From Mytilus californianus (lineage: Eukaryota), in contig NW_026262690.1 in the NCBI RefSeq assembly GCF_021869535.1, forward strand, positions 59,458,001 through 59,522,000: a DNA stretch of 64,000 nt. The letters run 5' to 3'. Positions 25,823 to 39,500 of this stretch are shown here, piece after piece. Position numbers and translations under genes: made by a program. How positions within the stretch are numbered: position 1 is the stretch's first letter; every line of letters begins with the position of its first letter. A model generated the notes under the pieces. It had not been told where the DNA came from and did not search any database. It saw only the letters and a list, made by a program, of their open reading frames with translations.

Positions 25823-26921
25823 CTGAAAAAATAAGTAGTAAACTAGTTATAATCAATGTTATTTCAGCAATATAAGGAGCAATCTGACAGTTTTGTCCCC
25901 AACCAGTCTCTCCAGTATCCAGAAATATATATTTGTCCATATAAATAAAAACATTCAGTGAAAAAATTGTCAAATATAATAAAATCAATTTTTATCTCTA
26001 AGTGTCCAACTTGTATCTCTAACTTTTTAGAAGATTTATATACACCAAAAAACAGTTATATCTATCCATTCCAAAAAGGAAATGTTGATTAACTCAGTTT
26101 TTCCTAAGTCAACAAGGCACAAAACAAATTTATACAATTGATCAGCTTTATTTAATGATAAGGATTGCAATGTCATAAAATTGTTATCAGACTACAAAAA
26201 CAGGACATAACACTTAAAAGTAAAGCCAAAGTAAGACAACATTATATAATACAAAATGATGTCAGTTGTGTGCTTATTAGTACAAGCCAATCAACTAACA
26301 TGAAGTTGCAAGCAATGTTCTGCAAAGTATACTCCCACTTATGATAAGACATTGACAAACTATGAAACAATCAAATTATCTTTAAACAGGAAGTAACTGC
26401 GTGGCAGATCTAAAAATTGCTTACAGGATACTACTCATCATATAAAGTTACAGTTCAAATATTGAATCTTTCCTTGTAAAATTCTATGCTCAATAGGTAT
26501 ACATTTTTTTTAAATATAGCCAAACAGGAAGTAGCATTGAGGCAGATCGAGAAAGGATTACATGAACAAACAGCCAGACAAGGCCAATGCAGTATACTGA
26601 CCATGCAGTGACATCGGTGTAATTATTAATAAAAACTGATATGGGGTATATGTCTACAATACATTCAAACCAGAAAAATCATCGTGGAAAAATACAGTTT
26701 CCAATCAAAGACAATAATCCGTTAAATATGTCAAGCTGCATATTGTCCAATGTAAATAATCCAATGTATACTTATATTACTAGCAAATTTGTAACTGGTT
26801 AACAATGCCGTAAACAATGTCTTAAGTAATGGATATCAAACCAATGACATATTGAGCTTTTATTTTTGGTGAACGATTAATTAACTCACCCACAAACCCT
26901 TTACATTCTGAAACAGGGAAT

Positions 26922-27435
26922 TATTAACTCTGTTATCAATGCTATTACACAGAGGTGGTATTAACTCTGTTATCAATGCTATTACACAGAGGTGGTATTA
27001 ACTCTGTTATCAATGCTATTACACAGAGGTGGTATTAACTATATTATCAATGCTATTAGGTTCACAGAGGTGGTATTAACTCTGTTATCAATGCTATTAC
27101 ACAGAGGTGGTATTAACTCTGTTATCAATGCTATTAGTTTCACAGAGGTGGTATTAACTCTGTTATCAATGCTATTAGTTTCACAGAGGTGGTATTAACT
27201 CTGTTATCAATGCTATTAGTTTCACAGAGGTGGTATTAACTCTGTTATCAATGCTAGTAGTTTCACAGAGGTGGTATTAACTCTGTTATCAATGCTATTA
27301 CACAAAGGTGGTATTAACTCTGTTATCAATGCTATTAGTTTCACAGAGGTGGTATTAACTCTGTTATCAATACTATTAGTTTCACAGAGGTGGTTTTAAC
27401 TCTGTTATCAATGCTATTAGTTTCACAGAGGTGGT
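26922..27435. repeat. Minisatellite, 37/41-bp unit, about 13 copies
   Basis: cacagaggtggtattaactctgttatcaatgctatta with or without gttt. Confidence 0.92.
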
Positions 27436-28032
27436 CTTTACATTTTCCAGGACGTAATTGAGGATTGTAACACTATTAGAAACCTGAGCAATAGTAATTG
27501 ATCTGTGACTGAGAGCCATTCTTTATTAGACTCATTTACATAATATTTTGTCACTTGATGTTTGACATTCAATAATGCATAATTAGGCATGGTTCGATAA
27601 TTAACCAATTAAAAATCAATATGGCTGATGTTTAACCACCTGAAATCTGAGATATGATAAGCAATCTATTACAAATTAATGTTAGAAATGGACTTTTTAA
27701 TTAATATCGTAGCTGAGATAACGTTTTATACCATCTTTTCACGCGACTATGATAGCTGCTCATGTAAAATTCAAACATCACCGAGTTAATTGATTCAGTG
27801 ATTATTAGGAAATACATATTTAACACACCTTTCAAGTTTTTTCCCCTCAGAATTCTTTTGAACTATTGACCTAGTATTCTAAAGTACAGAATAATTATTC
27901 AACAACAGTTTACTAGTACGAGAAACATTATCCTTAATTATATCCTTTATTAGAATTGTCTTCAAGGCATCCCATACATGGAAATTATATTAAACAGCTA
28001 TAAAATCTCTCACAACAATATTCTATCAATAC

Positions 28033-28250
28033 CTTGGAGCTTTGGCCTATCTTGATATCTAGCTTCACGGAACCAGATTCCAAATACAGCTCCATCTTAT
28101 CAGGGGAGTCATCTGACGATGTAATAAACAATAATCCATTTTTGTGAGTTGTCCTGAATCGTAATGAGATATCTTCGGCTTCTGTTATTGATGTGTCATC
28201 CATAGTAATCTTCAGGAACTGGTTCCCATTAAATTCAAGCGTCGTGGCAC
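28033..28250 (-). CDS. Nrx-1: Neurexin exon 6: start of LNS4
   Basis: tttttgttaag|(G)ATTLEFNGNQFLKITMDDTSITEAEDISLRFRT..KLDIKIGQSSK|gtattg; 218 nt, phase 1 to 0. Confidence 0.92.
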
Positions 28251-29577
28251 CTTAACAAAAATTTAAACCTTAATCAGTTTTGTATGTTTTTAAATGAACA
28301 TATCAATTCTCAAAGGGCAAGTTAACAGACAGATTGAAACAGAAAAATATGTAATTTTACTGGGTTAAAAAATATCTTAAGTATCTTAGAAGTTTGAACT
28401 GAAGGAAATCTACCTCCAAATTGATTTTTAGTCTTTTAAGCTGTTAGGTTTAGGAATTTTAAGTGCCTAATTATTTGTCCTCAAACTGCTTAGGTAATGT
28501 TTATACATATTCTTTATAATTCAGAAGATAAAAATTCTATTTTGGAAAGAAATTTCCTGAAATAATTTTCATCATCAGAAAAATAAATGTGTCATGTAAA
28601 TTCTTGAAATCCATGAATCCAAAATGAAACCAGAGGTACTGTGAGCAAAACTCACAAAATGATGCTCCAGTCCACAGTCCTATGTAAAGGCCATGATTTG
28701 ATTTGGGAACCCCAAAAAAATAATTCAGACAAAACAAAAAAATAGGAGGTGCACAATGGCATTTTATGGTTAAGACTGTGAAAAATGTTCAATAAATTGT
28801 AAGAAGGGGATAAGTAGGAGTTACTGATACAAAATGGGAAACCCCAAATAAAAAGCAATGGCAAAGTACACCCAAATGATAATTTGGACCAAAAACAAGA
28901 TTGATCAAATTATGATTAGATGTTAAAGAGAAGTGATACAGATGTCATGTGTACTTTAGAGTGCAGATATGTAGAAGTCAATTTCATCCCAAAGTAAACT
29001 CAAAAACTTATTCAGATGAAGAAATGAAATAGGTGGTGTAAAAGTGCATTATGCGAGTATGTGCCTCGCGATTCTGGAGCAAAGTCCAATGTATGACAGA
29101 AGGATGAAAAACAAAAGGACAAATGAAGGAACAAACTGGCTCCCCCATCACTATATACTGGCCACTTGGGCAGCAGATATTTTTCTAGTATCTAAGCTTC
29201 TAATTCATATACTGCACATATTTGGCTCATCAACTTTATTGAATCACGTCCTGTCTACTTTTTTTAGTCTTTATCTGCTTTTAGCAGAATTCTTTGGAGT
29301 AATTGTATATGTTCTGAATTTCTAAAAGATTGGTAAATTGTCTATTACCAAAATTCCAGTGGGAAATATTTCATGCCTATTTTGAAAGAACAATTTGACT
29401 TTCAACTGATAACTTTTGAGCGCAATGAGAGAAGAGGGCAGATAAAAATGAGTTTTATTGCAATTTGTTTTGTAATTAGAAAGATCTAGTGTAGCAGCAT
29501 TCAGAAATTCATAAAAATGTATAGCCTCTTTATGTTATTTTTGGAATATTTCTGATAACAGCTTTAAAAATGATTAC

Positions 29578-30355
29578 CTTTCTGACAGATAGGTCCAGTG
29601 TAATCAGTCCCACGACAGTCACACATATATCGATTCCATCCTTCATGACACACACCATGATGAAGACAGGATCCCTGGTTACACTGAGGCTCCATTACTT
29701 TACAGAAATCCTTGATGGTTGATATCATCTGTTTTCTTGCAGCTGTGATCAGATCTATCTTATTACCATTCATAACTAAGTCATGTAGACAACCAACAAA
29801 ACCATTGCTCAAAATGGCAGCCCATATTCCTGTTGGCATTGTTCTTTGTTTAATAGATCTGTCAATACCTCCAACATACAGCTTACTATCCAGATCTAAA
29901 TGATTGCTATCACCTCCTAGTGCATAAGTAATTTTATTTCCATCTAGAAGAATGTGACCATTTTTACCAGCATGATGTAAAGAGACTGAGTGTGGTTTCC
30001 CATCACTAATATACTTCATTTTCACTTTTTCTGTTCCTGAGCCTAAATTTATCAAGAAATTCAGATAACCGTCTAAAATTTCAAAAGCAAAAAAGTCTAA
30101 ATTAGTTAAACCATAATTATATATTAGAACACCGCTAAGCTCATTAGTTTGGAAAGTAAATGAGATACTCCCACCATGTATACCAACTTCCCACCTGGGT
30201 AATACGATGTAAGAATCTGGTGTTGTAAATGTTACCGGCTGGGATTCTACCATGTCCTGACATTGATTGAAGATCACATCACCAAATACTGTCAATTCAC
30301 CATCCATCGCCATTGTTGTGATATCCATAGATATTTTATTACTACTGTATACAAC
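29578..30355 (-). CDS. Nrx-1: Neurexin exon 5: end of LNS2, LNS3, EGF2
   Basis: ttttag|VVYSSNKISMDITT..PVTFTTPDSY..FVGCLHDLVMNG..CHEGWNRYMCDC..YTGPICQK G|gtaatc; 778 nt, phase 0 to 1. Confidence 0.95.
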
Positions 30356-31784
30356 CTAAAACAAAAGAGTTGACATTAGTAGTTGACTGTTGTTAGAGGG
30401 CATAACTCTAGATTTAAAAGTACTTTGAGCTTGCTTTCAACAACTGTGAGCAATCTTCAATATTGTATTATCTAGTTTTGTTTTGCTTCTACCTAATACA
30501 TGAAGCATCTATTATACTGATATATGTTTTATAGAGTTAAGAAACTTTTTCTAGACTGATTCTTACTGTACATTTTTTAATGTACCTTTTGACATTTCTC
30601 TGATCTAGATAACATAATTTGGTTTTGATAGCTTATCTTTATTAGAAAATTTAATAATTTGTCTTTACAAAGGGGGCATTTAGCACGCAATAATCATATG
30701 TCTTTACTAACGATAGTTTAAAACTGGTCCTTTGATGAAGATCATATGCTCCATTCTAGATGTCTTTTTTTTACTTTATTACTTTATACCTGTAGGCTTT
30801 ATAAACTTTTAAACAATCTATGCAGTATTCAATTAGGCAGAAGAAAGGTATGAGTGGAGAACAAAGGAGGAAGCGGTGTAGTTAACAGCTAAATTACCTG
30901 TGTTTTACAATTGCACTAATCAGCATTTCATTTGTGCCAATATTTTGTTCATTTGAACTTATAAATTTTTTTAAAAGCACCCATTTACCTATAAACACAT
31001 GCGAAACATACTTTTGTTTTAATATAATTTGTTGAAGTAATTAAAGCTTAAACCATTTTCAGCTGCCGATATAATTATCCTTCTGTCCATTGCATGGAAG
31101 TGGTAGTGGGATTAAAAGACGGCAATTTATTTTAAAGTTTCTTAAGCTATTTACATAATTACAAAAAAAAGCACTAAAATTTTTGTTGGCAATGTAACAG
31201 CAAACACAATGACTTCATATGTACATGAATTGTTTTACATTTATCATTTCAGGGCCTTTTATAGCTTACTATGCAGTATCACTGTATCATGTATGAGTTT
31301 TGCTCATTGTTGAAGGCCAAACGGTGACCTATTTGTCATTTCGTATTTGGTGGAGAGTTGTCTCAATGGCAATCATATCACATCTTCTTATTTTTATATT
31401 AATGCATTAAGAAGTCCACTCTGGCAGAGTTTTTGTAAGCGACACTTCTAATGAACTGTGATCATATAATTTTCCCTCTTACCTACATCTGATACTTTTC
31501 AAGAACATTCTTTGTATTGCCAATTAGAATGTTCATCAAATATTATTCATTTATTTGATCTGTTAGTGATTCAGTGTGTAAAAGATACATTTTGTAGTAG
31601 CAACAAAAACCAAATGTAATCTACCATTGAGGAAAATATGAAACATTTTACCTAATCAACCAAAGCAACAAATGATCAACATATTTGTGACTTGATTAAA
31701 ACCTATTTCAACAGAAAAAGTGGAGGGTAGAACCTCTAGTTTGTATAAAGTGTGTATACTTAGGACGACTTACAAGATAAAATA

Positions 31785-32029
31785 TTGATTGATTGATTGA
31801 TTGGTGTTTAATGCCACTTTCAGCACTATTGGCTATTTCGTTGCAGGTTTTTGTTGGGAGAAGAAACCATAGTGCCCAGAGATAACCACTACTCTCAATA
31901 GAAAAACTGACAATCCTAGTCAATTAAGATTGGAGTCAAAATACACCTGCCACGTACGGGCTTTGAACTCACAACTTCAGTGTTAACAAGCTAGTGATAC
32001 AGGAGTTGGACAATTTAGCCACAGAGGCC
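31785..32029 (-). mobile_element. tRNA-derived SINE, same family
   Basis: Same body (gaaaactgacaatcctagtcaatt..gattggagtcaa), (GATT)n tail, GAGTTCAAA B box. Confidence 0.7.
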
Positions 32030-33204
32030 CCCACAAGAAAAATATAAAGTACCTAATAAGTATCAAGCAAACACTGATTTAAAAAAGGAAATAATATTTT
32101 AATGTGTTAATTCAAAGTGTTTTTCATGCTATGTTTTCATTAGTTCATTATTTGTTCATTTATTTGAAGAATTACTGCATATAATGAATTGATCAATGTG
32201 CCATGACATTTGATTAAAACTTTTTGAAGATCCAGTCTTGCATTAGTTGTTTTCTAAGGAAAATATTCCCTTGTGACATGTCTATTCTTATCACCATTCC
32301 TCATGTTGTACATGTTTCACTTTGTTACAAATAGTTAAAAAACAAATGAAAGAATGCTTCATTAACAAATTTCATAGGCAGTATTCTCATTAGAAACTTA
32401 AATGCAAATGGCTGTTCGCCCACAGGGATGAACAACATTCCTAAATGTTTATCATGATGACAAAATCGTAGGGCATGGCTTTAAAAAAATTGTGAGAAAA
32501 GGCAACTTATTCGAGAATAATTTACTTTTGAAGAGCTTTTTTCTTTTATATCTAATTTGAAAGAAAATATTATGTAATTTATTTAATATGCATTAGTCAC
32601 AAAACTCATAACGCTTTTCTTCTTTTGAAGAGTACTACTTTTTAATTTTCATATTTCAAAATAATTAGAACTGCATGCTGTTTAATTGGAATCTGTGGTT
32701 TCATTTCATCTTGATTAAAAAATGCAGTCAGTCAATAAAATAATTTCTAATGTTTTAATAATGACTAACATTCACAGATAAAATCAAAAATCCACAAGCA
32801 GAATGAAATTTCAAACAGTGGTAAATACCCAGTCAAGGATTCAATCACCTTTAAAATCCAATTTTCATATAAACACCTGATGCTCACTTGTCTACCTATC
32901 TATTTTGTCTGCCTGTGTGGTTGCTTATTTTCTAAGTTAATCCATAAAAGTACAGACAAACTTGGAAACTTAAAAATAGAAGCAGAACACAAAAAATTCA
33001 AATCCAGGATAATGATGTGAAAGACAATAGCAAAGTACAATGGTACTCTGATTACATTTACATTTATTAAAAGTACAAGCTTTCCTTGTGGGAATTAGTA
33101 ATGTTCTGACCTTTTGTCTCTAATCTAGTGTTATTCTCCTTATAGCTCAAAAGGTGGATTTGTCTAATGTCAATATCTCTTTCTTCAACAAATTTTCCAC
33201 CCCA

Positions 33205-33306
33205 TAGGGAGAAATCAAAAGTCCATTACATAACAACATGAAGCAAAAAACAAGTTAGGGAGAAATCAAAAGTTCAAAACTTAATAACATGAAGCAAAAA
33301 ACAAGT
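33205..33306. repeat. ~51-bp tandem duplication
   Basis: agggagaaatcaaaagt..aacatgaagcaaaaaacaagtt present twice. Confidence 0.75.
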
Positions 33307-33461
33307 TATCTTTTTTTTTTAAATTGAGATTTTTCTAAGCCTTAAAACAATCAACATTCAAGGCATGTTGGAATTAAACAATCACAGTTAAAACAAAGAT
33401 GTATGACCAAATAATACTTTACTTTTCACTGCCTCTTATGACAAACAATTTGAAACTTTAC

Positions 33462-33614
33462 CTTTTTTAGACATCCTTTAAAATTGTGTGTAGGCCTGTT
33501 TTTGTAAAGTGGACTAGGACCTCCACCAACATACAATGTAATGATATGCAACATGACATATGACCCTAAAGTAGTCCCGTCTAGTCTATGTGAACCATCT
33601 ACCTCTACATGGAT
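33462..33614 (-). CDS. Nrx-1: Neurexin exon 4: LNS2 C-terminal part (not in ORF track)
   Basis: tttatttcag|IHVEVDGSHRLDGTTLGSYVMLHIITLYVGGGPSPLYKNRPTHNFKGCLKK|gtaaag; 153 nt, phase 0 to 0. Confidence 0.93.
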
Positions 33615-33862
33615 CTGAAATAAAGAATAAAACTTTATGACAAAGTTAAATGTTGAATTATTAACAAATCAGCCAAGAAAAAAATGTTCTTGTCTTTCCA
33701 TCTTGCATACTGACAGTTTTTTTTGTAAATCATAGAGTATTTATCCTATTCTTTACTTCTTCTGAATTCATTAAGTCCACTGTTTTTACTGCAGAAGATA
33801 TTCATAAACAAACCGTTCTTCTAACTAATGGTCAAGTTACAAAATCATTCAAAAAATTGTTA

Positions 33863-34059
33863 GAGTAGATTCATTAATTTTTGTGGGTACTAAATTTTGT
33901 GGATTGAGGAAAATTTGATTATTTTATGGTTTTTCCAAAGTTTAAATACAAGCCTAAGAGAAATTTATACTATGTTGAACATTTAAATTTGTGGTTCATT
34001 TTTACCCATGATATCCATGAAACTTGGTACCCAGCGAATATATAATAATGAATCCACTG
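33863..34059. mobile_element. Second, more degenerate copy of the 23258 MITE family
   Basis: Shared internal sequence (ttttgtggattgag, aacatttaaa); right TIR aatgaatccactg|TA. Confidence 0.65.
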
Positions 34060-34302
34060 TAATTGTTATTTTATCACAATACCCTTCAGTGTTTTGTCTT
34101 ATATATGCTTCAAGTTTAAGCCTTCTAAAGCTGGGTCAAAGATTAACTTTTAATGCTCTTATTCATCTAAATCACATGCTGATGACACAAGCAAAACCAA
34201 CCAAAAGCCATTTGCTAAGGAAGTGAACATCTTACATTCACTGTCAAGTCTCAAACAATGAGCAACAGCCCACATTGTATTACTAGGCACACCTTTCTCC
34301 AT

Positions 34303-35398
34303 AAACTGTTATCACAGAGATATGTCTCGCCTTTTTGTCGAAGTCGATGAACCATGACTGAAGGTACATGGCTAAACAATCTCCATGGAATGAGATGTGC
34401 CAATGCTAATACAACTGCATACCAAATACCATTGACTTATTATAAGTCGTTCCCTTTAAACAAACCTAAACACAAACATTAACTTGTAAACTATGTAAAA
34501 GTTTAAAAGTCAATGAACCATGATCAGGGGTGGGGCTATATAATCTCCATGGAAACGATACTTGCAAATGCCAATAAATTTGCATACCAAATATCATTGA
34601 CTTAACATTAACAGTTCATCTTAAACTGATCTAATCACAAACTAATACATGAATACTAAGCAAAAGTTTCAAAGTAAATAGACCATGACTGAGGGGGCGG
34701 GGCCAAATATTCTCCATGGAAATAAGATGTGCTAATGCTTATACAACTGAACACCAATTAACATTGGCCTACCACTAATGGTTCCCCTTGAACTGACCTG
34801 ATCACAAACTAATACATGTTAACTTAGCAAAATTTTCAAAGTCTATAGACCATGACTAAGGGGGCGGAGCCATATAATCTCCATGGAAATGAGATATGCT
34901 AATGCTTATACAACTACATACCAAATATTATTGACCTACCACTAGTGGTTCCCCATAAATTGACCTAACCACAAACTAATACATGTAAACTATGAAAAGT
35001 TTCAAAGTCAATAGACCTTGACTGAGGGGGCAGGGCCAAATAAACCTCATGGTAATGAGATGTGCCAATGCTTATACAACTGCATACTAAATATCATTGA
35101 CCTACCACTAGTGGTTTCCCATAAATTGACCTAATCACAAACTAATACATGTAAACTATGAAAAGTTTCAGGGTCAATAGACCTTGACTGAGGGGGCGGG
35201 GCCAAATAATCTCCAAGGTAATGAGATGTGCCAATGCTAATACAACTGCATACCAAATATCATTGACCTACCATTAGTGGTTCACCATGAACTAGACCTA
35301 ATCACAAACTAATACATTGTTGAGGCCAATACTGCCGTCGCTGACGCTGGAAACAGCATACCTATGTCTCGCTTTTTGACTCCATCAAGGCGAGACAA
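34303..35398 (+). mobile_element. HINE/pearl-like family A copy 4 (6 core repeats, 5' internal deletion)
   Basis: Same termini; core units very close to copy 1; lacks the ~75-bp segment after the 5' subterminal motif. Confidence 0.8.
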
Positions 35399-36202
35399 AA
35401 AAGTAAAATAAAACAATTAAGAATTTAATTTGTACCTCTATATGTTTCTTCCAAACTTAACACAAAAAAGCAACAACTGAAACATCAAAATGAAGCTGTA
35501 TCTCCTATTGCCACAAACACAAAGTCTTTCAGTTTTGTAAAGGTAAATGTTGGTAGAAATTGTGCAGAAGTGTAAAAAGTTATACTTATTACTATAGTTA
35601 TTTTAATACTATGATTTGATATGGATTAAATGCAAGGGGTTTTCTGGTCAAGGAAAGTAGTTGCTGATCTGATTCACATTAGACCCAGATTACAGCATCA
35701 ATGGCCCACTGTATAACAATTTTTCATAACACTTCTATAGTTTTAACTGACAATTTTAGTAAATAGAATTGAAGTGTTTGAAAATTTGTCACCAGCACTG
35801 AAAGTTCCAATTGCTCTATAAGTCTGTAAATCTCCTAAATAACCTAAATTTGAAATGTGTCAAATATCTCGATTCCCCTGTAAAAAGTTGTATTTTGAGT
35901 GGATTAAATGTGGTGATATAACAGCTTTAAACAGGACAAAGTATACTTTCCTAATTGATTTTTGTACATCTGACAGATAAAGACAATGCTTGATAGAAAT
36001 AGAGAAAATGATCTTTTAAATCAATTAAATAATTGTCAGACATAGATAAATTACTGTTTGTTTTCCCCCATGGTACTGTTCTAATACTATATAACTCATC
36101 AATCTTAATGCTGAAAAATGAAAGACCTGTTTTCCTTTTCTTGATAGTAATCATTGTAAAATGTAAAAATATCCATACAAACTAATGCTTTCTTCTTGAG
36201 TA

Positions 36203-36411
36203 CTGTAAATTCAGAAATTATTGCATTGTATTTATTAATGGGAATTATGCGACTGGGCGAGTATCGCAATAATAAGAACTCGCATTCTGATATTTGATAC
36301 ATATATATCTGCCTTCAGATTTTCCCGCAATGGCAATAATTAATCTCACATTTTTGTCCTTTCTTAAAAATTCGCAATAATAAATGGACACAACAATTTC
36401 TGAATTTACAG
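36203..36411. mobile_element. Tc1/mariner-type MITE with TA TSD
   Basis: TA|CTGTAAATTCAGAAATT ... AATTTCTGAATTTACAG|TA. Confidence 0.8.
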
Positions 36412-36486
36412 TATAACATACCCGTAATCATATATTTACTTAGCTGGACTATGGTTTTGAATGTATGATAAAGATGATTGTTACAT

Positions 36487-36855
36487 CATCACAAGTTGGT
36501 TGACCGTTATGGAATATCCATTTCACAGATGAGAGCAGATATGTTCCAATTGTTGTAACTACAATCCAGTCCCCTTTTCCCCTAATGTGACCTACCAAAT
36601 TAGACTTATTACAGGGTTTGTACTAACATGAGCAACACAACAGGTGTCACATGTGGAGAAGGATCTGCTTACCCTTCCGGAGCACATGAGATTACCCCAA
36701 TTTTTGGTGCGGTTCGTGTTACTCAGTCTTTAGTTTTCTATGTTGTTTGTCGGTTTGTCTGTTGGTCTTTTTCTTTTTTAGCCATGACGTTTTTATCAGT
36801 TTATTTTCAACTTATGAGTTTGAATGTCCCTTTGGTATCTTTTGCGTCTCTTTTA
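36487..36855 (+). mobile_element. 3' fragment of a retroelement (end of ORF plus 3' UTR); family not firmly assigned
   Basis: Encodes HHKLVDRYGISISQMRADMFQLL*, then ggatctgcttaccc..gagcac; a partial second copy lies at 45486-45660. Confidence 0.5.
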
Positions 36856-39473
36856 CATCATATATATACCTTGATCCAAGTCACTTGCATTATCGCTATT
36901 TATCGCTATTCAATATTTATATGCTAGTGTTCTAGCTAGGATAAGGGCAGAGGGCAGTTTCAAGATGGTTTCTTGTCGTAGAAGCAACAAGTTGATCATG
37001 TTTATAGATAAAAGTTAAAAAATTAAATGAATTAATGTATTTTTGCTTGATTTTTAGTATTTTAGGGTTGTATAAAGCTTTTTCAGTAGTAAAATAATTT
37101 TATTTGCATTAAAAAGATATCTATTTATTTTCAGAAAACAAAAATGCATAGGCCATCAAGGAGCAGAGAAAAGGCAGAGGGGTACAGTACCTTTTATTTA
37201 GGGCAAGCTAGGCCACTGGATATGATAAAGGAAACAGTACATGCAAAAATGTGTATAACACCTGCTGTATCAATCCTAGGTCAATATAATTGCTCCTGGG
37301 TATTCTTTCTGTTATTGGTGAGTCAATTTGATATAGCAGGTTACTGATGCAGATTTTGCTATGTATGATCAATTTTGATATTGCCTGATAGTCACTTCAG
37401 CTGTTCTTAATAGTCAATACCAGTAATATATTCATGTGAGTATGTGGAGCTTAGCACAATTGCAAATAGAACGTTGTACCGAAATTAATAAAAGGAGTGT
37501 GTTATGTCTTTTACTTTTGCTATTTTTTTTGCATAGTCAATGCTAATCACAACATTAAGTTTTATTACTCCATTGTGCTCCGTTTATTTGTGATATTCAC
37601 AAATTATTTAAGAAAATTAACGCCTCTATTTTGTGTTCTTTCATTCATTAGAATTTCAAGTGCATGAAATGAACTAGTGTATTTCTACCTTACATTAGTG
37701 TGTTCATTTTGTCAAAAATAAAACCCCTGGAAAACACAAGTATTTTGCTTTCAAATGGAAAGAGTACACTGCCAAAAAATATTCATTGTTATATTAAAGT
37801 TCTTAAATATCAATAAAGAACAGTAATAACTGTATATTACTCAAGGTTCATTTTAAAAAGCATCAAAGGACCCTTATGCTATAATTTAAAATAAGTAAAG
37901 GTGATGAATGTTTTGTGGAAGGCTACCCTAAACAATGGTCATATCAGTTACAGGATCCTGACGAGTCATAAGGAACAAACATTTCTACAATACTTCTGAC
38001 ACAGTGTACAAGACAACTAACATGCAATGGTTGCAGATCACTGTTATTAACTATGCAAGACTATGTCATCTCTACTAGCATACACTTGTTTAGATCAATG
38101 GGAGTAAAACAGGAAAGAAACACACTTAGATTTAATAATTCAAACCAATGTACAATAAGACAATGGTCTTAATTAAGATAGATAACCATGTGAATTCCTT
38201 AAAAAATAAATAAACCTTATATTTTTTTACTATCCTTGATTTTGCATGAAGTTATTAAGTCAGCTAAAATCTATTCTCTTTTTTCCTTAAATGTAAGTAA
38301 AAACTAATTAAATTTATCCATAGCTCAAAGATATCAGGAGTGTTTCTGATTGTAATCTGAACAACTGAGGCTAATTATAATGTCCATTCTATATCAGAAA
38401 ACATCCATATTGTATGAGCACAGCATCAGAACAAGTTTCCTGTTGAGATTTGAAATCACCGACTTTTGCCTCATTACATCTTATTTTTTCCACACAAGGA
38501 GTAAATAATGTGATTTAATTTCAGCCTGACCAGAAATACTGTTGAAGTGTACAGTGACAAGTATAGGTGCCAACACTAATGGATAAAACAATTAAATCTA
38601 AAAGCAACTACTAGAAATAACCATTCTGCATGAAAAACATTGTAGTGAGCCATACTTATCTGACACTTGTATTCTAAATGTTCATTATACTTTTAAATGC
38701 TTTTTAGCATTGTCCTTGTATAACACAATACTAATTGTAACTGAAAATTAAAAAAGATTCATATTCTGTTTGGTATATTTTACAGTGTTTGCCAATGTGT
38801 CCAAGATATCAGTACTGGCAAAAATGTGTTTAAGACAAGATTTGTTCTGATATAGCATAACAGTAACAGTTATTTATCTTTTGTTTATAAATGTTTCAGA
38901 ATTACATAGGCTCTGCTGTCTCCATATTTTTTTAAGATGGAAGTTTATAATCAACTCAATAAGACAAGGGATTTATCTTATTATAATTTTATGAAGTAGC
39001 AGAAAAAAGAAAGACAAAAATGAGCAGAATTCAATTTAGTTTGTGACAAACTTCAATAAAACAGCTAGGGTATAATATCAAGAGAAAATGATAAAAAAGG
39101 AAAATAAAAATAATAATTGGATTCATAGCATAATTACCTGTTCAAAATTATGTTCTCAAGTTACTAAGGTTATATAGATTTTCTCTTGTTTATCCCCATT
39201 TAACAGACTTTTTACTCTGTTTTCATCTAATTATATATAGGTCCAATAAAATTACAGCCTTCTTTCTGATAATTATTAGTTCTGTTAATGGCATTATCAC
39301 AACTCAATTCACTGATTCAGAAAAAAAGACTATAACTTCTGTCACAGTTAGTGACACTTTGCCTACAGTTTGAATTGACAATCACATGAAACACAAGTTA
39401 TTTGGGTAATGACCATGCAGGATTACACAAACATAAGACAAAGCGTGCAGTGTTGGGGGACATGCTTACTTAC

Positions 39474-39500
39474 TACCGCTTTAGCATTCCCTGTAGTGAG
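39474..39500 (-). CDS. Nrx-1: Candidate 27-nt alternative microexon (LTTGNAKAV) at SS2-equivalent position
   Basis: tttttacttttttgccatcag|CTCACTACAGGGAATGCTAAAGCGGTA|gtaagt; phase 0 to 0; GCATG and TGCATG downstream. Confidence 0.7.

Noticed and set aside
26922-27435. 37/41-bp array as a CRISPR, and ORF 26992-27198
   Set aside because: Units are contiguous with no unique spacers, there are no cas genes and the context is a eukaryotic intron. The ORF merely translates the repeat.
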